Position numbers and translations under genes: made by a program. This document shows positions 55,286 through 64,000 of a DNA stretch of 64,000 nt, piece after piece. The number at the start of each line of letters is the position of its first letter. Position 1 is the first letter of the stretch. The notes under the pieces are model-generated. The model worked only from the letters and a program-made list of their open reading frames with translations, was not told the origin of the DNA and did not search any database. The DNA is taken from NCBI RefSeq assembly GCF_037042905.1, contig NC_087251.1:3288001-3352000 (forward strand). The letters are read 5' to 3'. This DNA is from Lytechinus pictus (lineage: Eukaryota).

Positions 55286-56846
55286 CTAATGTAAGCATAA
55301 AAGAGATTGGTTTCAATTTGTCTTTGAATGACTCACAACTCATCAAGTTGATTCTTTGATACATGAGATAATATAATGAATTGCTATCATGCCATCAGCC
55401 ATTTTTATTAAATGCTCAAAATACAATATCAAAAGAGACTGAGTTTTGATAAAGATATGAATTAATCATTTTCATGTTAATCTGACAAAACACAACGGAA
55501 AACAAAAAGCACTAACAGAAATTAAAGAACATTTTATGTGGCTGGTCCAAGCAGAGGTTGGTTTCTCAAAGAATCATACTCAATTCTTATACTGCATTTG
55601 AAGAAAGGAAACTGTGCCAACAAAAAAGAAATCAATGTGATTTCTTTAAATGTCAAAAGAAAATGAACTCATAAATAAAAGGCATCATACACTCATTGCC
55701 AGATATCTTTATAAATAATGTCTGAAAACCCCTGTTCTACTATCCATCAGAGAGTGAGTAGAAAGTGAGGGAGGGTAGTAGCAACAAAGTGAAGATGGAG
55801 TAAACATGTTAAAAATTCTTGCTGACCTTCCCAATAAGAAACATGCCAATTTTTAATCCAAGGTAAGTGAGAAGGAGAAAAACCAGAAGGTTCACCATAC
55901 AGCATGAAAGTTGCAAAGTCTTTCAAGTCACACTTACATGCAAAGCAGCACTAAAACAGGAAGTAAACTAGACATCAACAATTATTCTCCTATAAACTTT
56001 TGTAACTTTTTTCCAGATGAAAAGCACATGTTTTATTTGATCCTATCCACAATGAGAAATTCTTTTGCATTCTTTTTTAAGATTTTCTCACTGATCCCTG
56101 AAATGGGAAAGGATTCAGATTCATACGTGAATTTCTGCGCAAATTGTTTCTGATATGCCTCAGTATTTATTGTTTGCAATCTGCCAACCTCTGGGAATTA
56201 AAAATTGTATTCTGTGATAAAAAAAAATGTATTTTTCCCCAAAAAAAGTGTATTTCATAATAAAATGCGTGGCGCACTCGCTCATCGCGGCGCTCAAACT
56301 GCCAACATTGAAACATGTGTTTATCTCACCCTGGTTTTAACAAAATGATTGGAAAAAAAACAAGTTACCTGAAATTACATTGATCTAATAACCATATTTG
56401 TGTAAGTTTTATGAAATAGAGACATATAGAGATGAATTTTCTCAATAAATTACGATTTTGTAAAAAAAAAAAAAATTTGGTTGCAAAAACATACTAAATA
56501 TACCAAAAACGTAATGGCTGGCAGGTCTGCATGTGTGGACAATTTGCTAAGCTGCTGGTTTCAAATTGCCAAGAGTATCAAATTTATAGTAAAAACATAT
56601 TTAATAATTGTGAAATCTATCTCTGAAAACGGGATTCCTTTTTTTGTAGGACGCACTGTATAATATTCAAACCACTCTTTTTTTTCAGGCCACAGTAAAC
56701 TAGACATCAACAATTATTCTCCTATAAATTTTTGTCACTCTTTTACAGATGAAAGACACATGTTTTACTGGATCCTATCCAAAATGAGAAATTCCCTAAT
56801 CATGTCAAGAGCAGCATAGTGGAACAGGGGCTCAAGGACAATTTAC

Positions 56847-57110
56847 CAGGTTGAGGTAGAGGATGAGTCCTGCTCTCTGTGGGTATCCTCTGTGATACAT
56901 TAGGTCTTTGAGGGACTGGTGGAGGAGTAGCAGCAGCAGCAGCTTCCTCATGTTCAGAGAGTTGGTATAGACCAGCAGATAGCTGAGCACATGCTGTTGA
57001 TATAGATTCTTGGTTCTGCTGATCCACTTGGCTACCGTTGATCAGAGTAGAGTGACCATTGGTTGTTGGTGTTTTGGTTGGTGTTTCTTGTGGTGATGTG
57101 GGCGGTGATA
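56847..57110 (-). CDS. numb: Numb, internal proline-rich exon (VSPPTSPQE...ESISTACAQLSAGL...PLPQP)
   Basis: 264 nt, phase 1-1; acceptor ttttag, donor G|gtaaat; ESISTACAQL resembles Numb ESISSLCSQI. Confidence 0.88.
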
Positions 57111-59090
57111 CTAAAATAAACACATTAAAAAAAGGAAAAGATCGATATAGGGTTAAACATTAAAAAATATATATTAATTTGAGGCTAAAGTGAGATAATC
57201 ATTTTAATTTTTTTTGTGTAGCTTTTTTTGTGTAGCTTTGCCAGATCCATCAGAGCACTACAAATGGCGACACTAAATTTGTTCCTGGGACAATTGATCT
57301 CGCCTATACAGGTACAGTCAGGGAAAGGGATTTGAGAGGACTTTTAGTTTAAGAAAAATGTGAGGATTAAGATTAGGGTAAGGAGTTTGAGTTTAAATTT
57401 AAGTTTTGTTTGATGTACAGATTTTGTGAATGCCATGGATCCTAAACAAATGAAGAAAAGATAGCAAACTCAATAGATAATAATGCAATTGCTATTTCAA
57501 AGACATAGTATCCCGGTACTGGTATTTTAAAATATTTTTTTACAAAAGTGTGAAACATCATCGAAAGAACCTTTTTTGAAAGCATCATTAACTACAAGCA
57601 GTCATTTCTCGTGTTATGTGCTATGTGCACATGTACCTGTTTTTTTTTTTAACAGTCTACATTACTATCTATTCATCAAAAATAAACAGGTTACAATTTC
57701 AAATTGTATTACATCAAATTATTTAATCAAAATATAATTATTGTCATCAAATTGAAGTAGGGACCCATGAAAAAAAATCAACCTAAATTGGGTACCTCTT
57801 ACTATGTCTCATTCATATCATTATTCTGATCATCATACATTTTAAGAAATATAAGGGGCTATTCATGCTTTGAATAACAATGTGAGAATTATTAAAGCCA
57901 AAGTACAGTATTGGCCTGCAACCAAAATAAATTTATGTGGTTTCCTTCAATCTTATACTAGCCAACAAATTAGCTGTAAACATAACATTATCACAGAATC
58001 GATGCTCAAATCTACAAACAATAATACTGTCAATAGTCAAATGAAATAGAAGCAGCAAACAATATACTGAAAGCTGCTCTGTTAATCTGAACATTCTTCA
58101 GTCCAAAATCATCATATGGGGCAATCAAGGTCATATTCGAAATGGGTCAATTGGATTTTACTGTTTGTTGAAAATTTATTTCCAAGTAAAAAGGTCTTGC
58201 ACCATCCTATCTTCCTATTTTCTGCAGCTTATAATCTCAAAATTTAGGTAATATCATTTATGAAAACATTTTCTCTAAAAGCAAATATTTAGGAATACAA
58301 CTGGTAATATGTGCATAGCAGAGTCACTATTTAAACAGGTGGTATTTTTCTATTTATATACATTTATAGCAAAAAAAAGAGGTATTGATGAATATTTTCT
58401 TTCCATCAGCGTGTGATGTCATGTCTGGAATGCAATCCATTAGGGGAAATGGGTAGTAGCCCATCAATGACTTCCTTGAAATACTATCCAGGATATGGTC
58501 TGAAAAATTGTTTCCAGCTCTCATTACAAAGAGAAAAATATATCAAAGACTGAAAGTAGATTTGGCTTAACTCCCATTTATTTACTTTTTATGGGCTTTT
58601 AAATTCATCATTCCCAGAAGAGAGGCAAGGCTAGGATGGGGTAGTACATTAAATCAGAAGAGAGTAACATCGGAGTACTGGAAAGATACAAATGCTCCCC
58701 CCCCCCCCATCTCTGTAGAAAATGAATTAATAAATTCACCCATAATTAACGAACAACTAGAGAGAAATAAAGACAGATGGAGAAAGAGGAGGAGGGACAG
58801 AGAAAGATGGAGATACAGACTGACATAGAGAGATAAAAAGAGGAATAGAGGGAATGTGTATGGGAGGAACAAACAAAGAGGAGTGGATAAAATCAAAGTT
58901 TGAGCTAGGTATATGGTAAGAGTTATGGCTAGAATTACTTCAAACATAGTTCAAATTAGAATAAGCAAAGACAACAAAATTGAGAGAGCTACTTAAACAT
59001 AATTTACATAAAACGAGTCAATGTATGATATTCAAACCACTTTTTTATTTCACGGTGTACCATCACATCACTTTCTATTTTCAAAATTAC

Positions 59091-59297
59091 CTTCTGGGTG
59101 AGTTTGTAGAACTTGCTGTTGGCGCTGCAACGTAGAAGGCAATTCATTAAGCCTGAGGGAGAGTTGACGCTTAAATGGTGTAGCTTCATTGATTTTACCA
59201 AGGCGTACAGAACCTTGCCTGATCAACATATCACTGCTAGCATGTCGTCTTGGGATAGCATGAGGCAATGGAGCCTTGTCCTTTTCTGTAGGAATTT
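59091..59297 (-). CDS. numb: Numb, NumbF-domain exon (PHAIPRRHA...RQGSVR...PFKRQLSLRLNELPSTLQR)
   Basis: Strong match to the Numb family motif; 207 nt, phase 1-1; acceptor tttcacag, donor G|gtaatt; PTB exons not in the window. Confidence 0.95.
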
Positions 59298-60486
59298 CTG
59301 TGAAATTAAAAGACAGGATTCTTATGTGCTTACTTCAACTTCACCTTCATATCAATCTTATTTCCATCATATCTTATCTTATCTTGTCTTTCATACTTTA
59401 CACATCATTCATCATTGAATAATTTATGTTACATGTATAGCAACTGATAATAATATATCAACATGTGGTGAGTTTTTGTATGTTATATAGGCTACATGTT
59501 TCATGATGTAGTTCAGTTTATTTGGACCTTTTCAGATTTTGAAAATAAACCAGTTACTCAATCAATCAAAACAAACAAAATAAATGTTCGATTGAAAATC
59601 TGTGATTAAAGATTGCAGTTATTAAACCATGCAGTCTGATGTGAGTTTATACACAAAAAAACCTCAACAATTAAGAATAACTAACAATGACAATAACCCC
59701 TTAAAGGAAATCCTGAAAATCATTCCCAGTTACATTATTTTTTTTTAAAGGTAAGATACAATGGAGTGCCTCATTAAAACATAATTTAGCAGTATTAAAG
59801 ATGGTATACATAATTTCTGAAGATTTAAGGTCACTTGGGTGTATTAGATTCCAAATAATCATTTTCCTTCCCCAATTTCTATTTCAAAATACATGTAGGC
59901 CTACATGTTCCTGGCAGAAATATTTCCAAAGAAATCTAACAATTAGAGAACATGTCAATATTGTCCATTATAAAATATAGTTATCAATGTTGTTTCATAC
60001 TTGTGTTGGCTATTTTGTTCTTCATTATGAAAAAAGGAGAAAGAATGGACAAATTAATAAAAAAGATAGATAATTATATTGCAACATGGATAAAAGTTTC
60101 ATTTACCTAACATAATGTATCAGCCAACAATATCCTAACAATATACTGTAATGCCCTTTAATTATTAAGCAGGTGTTATTCATCTGTTATGACAGTATTA
60201 TATAGCTAGAGGGAGATTCCTTTTCTACCTGTCAAATATGATTTTCCATACAATAATCACTTGAAGTAAGTATGGCTTGTTTAAATGAGACAATTAAAGG
60301 GTATGGTCAAATGTGTATCATATGATCACTGTGATGAATAAAGTATGAACCTGCACAAATTTATTGGGCTAAACTTCTATTGTAACTTTTATATCAACAG
60401 CTTTGGGTATTATGGTTAGTAGCATTTAGATTTTTTTTTTTTTTTTTACAATTAAAGAACCTTACAATAAAAGAAAATAAATTTTA

Positions 60487-63323
60487 AGCCTGAGTCGAAT
60501 CGATTTTAAAATCGGTGTTCGATCGATGTCATCGAGCGCCGGTGCAGATTTTGCAAAATCGGTGCATCGAAGAAAAAAAAAAATACGTCGGCCGGCCGAT
60601 TCGTTTGGTTCACACAATCAATCATCAAAATAAACAGAAATGTCCAACTTGACTTCTAGTACTACTTACTTGATTTTTACATGTATTTCCCCCAAAATGA
60701 AACCGATTGTGTAATTATGATGCCTATTCACCATTAATTTGAAGTTTATTTCGATCATAGATCGAGTCTTACTCGTCTGCTCGTGCCGAGATAATTTTTG
60801 CATGATGAATTCATGAATGGAAATCATCGATCGTGCAGCGCATGCGCTGTACTGTGCTTTAATCAAAACAGAAAATGGCCGGAAAATTGACGCAATCAAC
60901 ATAAAATAAACCTTGCTATCATGAACAATATTAATATGATGACCATAGAACATTATTTAATCGTAATATTTGACAATAATTTGCATATGATAATCATTAA
61001 TATGAATTTAGAGCTTGATGTGAAACGTTTGTATTTCGTTTCAATTTTCAATGACGGACATCACATGACGATCGACTTGAGCGAGTGAACTTGTCTAAAA
61101 CAAAATTATCACGTTAGGATTGATTCTCGAACATTGTCAACATGCAGAAACTTTTTCAAGATCGTAATATCTCCATATAATAACATTTTACATGACAAAA
61201 CCAGGGGCGGATCCAGCTTTCGCCAATAGGGGGGGCCGAAAAATTTTCATTAACATTTTTCTCGATTGGCCGCTATAATATGATTTTTTTTCAAGGTGTA
61301 GTCCTAACTAAAGACTGAAGTTTTAAGTATATGTTAGTTTTTATTGTTATAAACAAGATAGGGTAGCTCATGTGGTCTTAATATATAATGCGAGCGCGAA
61401 GCGCGAGCTCAAATTCTTTGATATTTCTGAAGATTCAGAGGAGATTTTATAATCATGAAAAAAAGATAAGTATCCAACTAAACAATGCGAGCGCGAAGTG
61501 CGAGCCGAAATTTTATGATATTAACATGAAAAGGGACTCAATTAGGACTGTTTTCTTAGTGATTAATGGAGAGGATACAAGTATCACCAATTAAATGAGA
61601 GTGCGAAGCGCGAGCTCAAAATTTTTGATATTCCGACCTGAAAACTGGAAAAGTCTAAGCGCGTTTTTATTTAGATGAACAAGCTGTGTGTCTCAAACAA
61701 TTAAATGCGAGCGCGAAGCACGAGCTTAATTTTTGATATACTGACATGATAAAGGAGCATTTTGACAAATTTTGGTAAGAATTTCCAAAGAGGATAGGTA
61801 ACTCACAAATCAAACAATGCGAGCGCGCAGCGCGAGGTGAAAATTTTGATATATATAAACAATTTCTGTAAATCAAACAAAATGATGAAAGCTTGATGTG
61901 CGAGCTAAAATATTGTGTGCAAATTGATTTCAGAACTAGATATATAAGTGCCATTTAATCCTCTTGAATGGGATTCACTACACAGGCAATGCGAGCGCGA
62001 AGCGCGAGCGAAAAATAGACTATATAAAGTCTATTTTCCAATTCTTCTCCTCACTTTTTTCTTGTTTCTTTTCGGGGTCGGGCCGGCCGTTACGAGGCTG
62101 TAAATTACACATCATGGGCATGATATACCTCTTTCTTACTTTTCTTTCTGTTTTTCATAGTTTCTATCAAGTTAAAGAGTACATTTTTTCTGCAGGTTGT
62201 CAAAAAATAGGGGGGGCCGGGGCCGGCTCGGCCCCCTCCTGGATCCGCGCCTGAAAACAGAGTAAATTGCGTGATATTTTTTTTCCATCAATTTGAAGCT
62301 AATTTGTGCCCAACTTCGGGCTCTGATTTTCATGAATGGAAAATATGTCCTACGATACGTCAACGAACGCGCATGCGCATTGTGCTTCTTTTTCTTGGAG
62401 CTAGCTAGCTCCGGAGACGTCCAGGCCAGAGATGGAATTAAAAAAAAAAAATGCCAGTATAATACTATAAATATTTCCATATGAACATGACATGCTTTGC
62501 TGACATTGTCAGTATTTTTAATATGGCCATAACATCTTATTAAATCGTAATTATTTAACATCCTATAATAATTTATATGAATTTAGTGCTCGATCCGAGA
62601 CATATTTATTTCGATCGCATGCTCGTGTCTTAATCTTGTGTCTAAAATTTAAAAAATATGGATTATCATATCAGGATTAATTCTCGAACATCGTCATTAC
62701 TCATATTCCACAATCTTTCCTCACAATCGTTATATCAGCATTGAATACCAATTCAAATGACCATCCAGAGAAAATTACGTATTTATTCCCGTCAATTTGG
62801 AGCTCATTTTGGATCTAACTACACAATCTCAGGCAAGTTACAGTGCTCCCGCTGTTTGCACTTTTTTGCTGGCGCTGGCCTGGGCTGCGGGCCGGGCGGG
62901 GCTGGTGTGTGCGAGTCTGGACCGCGAATGCTAGTTGACCGAAAATCGTTCGGATCGACTCTGCGTGATTCATGTCTTTGATATTGTTTCATTTTAAACT
63001 TATATATTGTCATCTTCAAATATCATTGTTGATGATATTTTGGGAAGATTTCTGCATTGGTCCCAGGCTTTCTTGGGTTTTGTGATCATAGAAAATACAA
63101 ATGAACTTTGCTCTGTCATCTGCTTGTGCAACGCTCACCCAGCCAGCGCATACCGTCAGTGCATGCAATGCGTGCATAGCGCATCGACGCGACGGCGCGG
63201 CCGGAGCAAAAAAAAGATTGACTCGATTTTCCCCGCCGCGCCTTCAAAATTCGATTCATCGATGTTCGATCGAATTAAAGCTGTCGAACACCGGTTTTCA
63301 AAATAATCGATATGACTCAGGCC
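60487..63323. mobile_element. Large TIR element in a numb intron, containing a nested element
   Basis: GCCTGAGTCGAATCGATT...GGTGTTCGA versus TCGAACACC...AATCGATATGACTCAGGC; diverged internal direct repeats at about 60940-61170 and 62520-62735. Confidence 0.7.
61202..62253. mobile_element. Poly-G element with 5-bp TSD and GCGAGCGCGAAGCGCGAG repeats
   Basis: CAGGGGCGGATCCAG ... CTGGATCCGCGCCTG flanked by AAAAC; ~100-bp-spaced motif repeats at 61389-62010. Confidence 0.85.
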
Positions 63324-64000
63324 AAAATAAACTGCCAGACAAGGTCTTTCATTTATTAAAAATGTTTGGCTAGCTGTTGCTATGTCAGAACTTTGTATGG
63401 TGAATCCTTGCATCTGATTGACTTAAAACAAATAAGTCAATAAAAATCACTGAAAAAATACTTTATGAAACCCTGACATGAAGTGACCTAAAATGAGGAT
63501 AAAACCCTTGAACACATCCCATAGAAACAGTATCTTGTGTTTGCATCTTGATTCATGATTATAGCTGAAGAGAGTTGCTTGAAATTAAATGCACCCTTCT
63601 TGTGGCATATATGTTACAGCCTTCATTTGAAATGGCCCTAAGACGTGAACATTCAATCTCCCATTGGAGGTACTCTGGGGAAACATAATCTAACATTTTT
63701 ATTACCATGCTTGGAATGTTCAATCTTGCTTCCCTGAAAAAAGGATGTTTATCATTTCTCTTTAAAAAATATTTCAAAACACTCAGTGACAATGGCTTTG
63801 AGGCAAAATACAATTTTAGTTTTAAGAAATGAATTTGATGAATTTGTCCTAACTTTGACTTTGATATTTTATCCCTCCATGATCTTTCATGGAATTCATC
63901 ATCAAATCAAAATTATTCTGATAACTGAATAATTAAATGAATAAAACAAACCAAAGGGGATTTTTTTTTTTCTATCAGTGAAATATTTTGACTTGAAGAG

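Noticed and set aside
55962..56795. ~100-bp direct repeats flanking a Tc1-like end (GGACGCACTGTA at about 56649-56660) as LTRs
   Set aside because: No TG...CA ends, PBS or PPT; looks like a local duplication around a truncated MITE
58354..58499. In-phase cryptic terminal exon in a numb intron (tttttcag|AC CAT ATC..., open for about 48 codons)
   Set aside because: No similarity to Numb and a length compatible with chance; would need junction reads from 59091
63559..63813. 84-aa minus-strand ORF as a numb PTB exon
   Set aside because: No resemblance to the PTB domain sequence

Overview
AT-rich, repeat-dense animal genomic DNA, most likely a sea urchin. This is inferred from the H3 'KTELRF' variant, a Deu-domain SINE and the poly-G MITE families. 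Three intron-containing genes are supported. (1) A complete replication-independent histone H3.3 CDS on the minus strand (three coding exons, 7846->3647; 5' non-coding exon not located). (2) An MCFD2-like secretory EF-hand gene on the plus strand, whose single visible signal-peptide exon (39605-39759) can splice in the same phase to either of two paralogous terminal exons (43566-43941, with an acidic Tyr-rich tail; 45457-45754, canonical). (3) The last three coding exons of numb on the minus strand (59297->54702); the PTB exons lie outside the window. The rest is mostly non-autonomous DNA transposons, a CR1 fragment, a SINE and tandem repeats. A 7.7-kb GG...CC TIR element with a perfect 8-bp target duplication (15183-22879) carries a satellite built from its own TIR motif, an interstitial telomeric array and a decayed coding relic. 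All splice models are read from sequence only.
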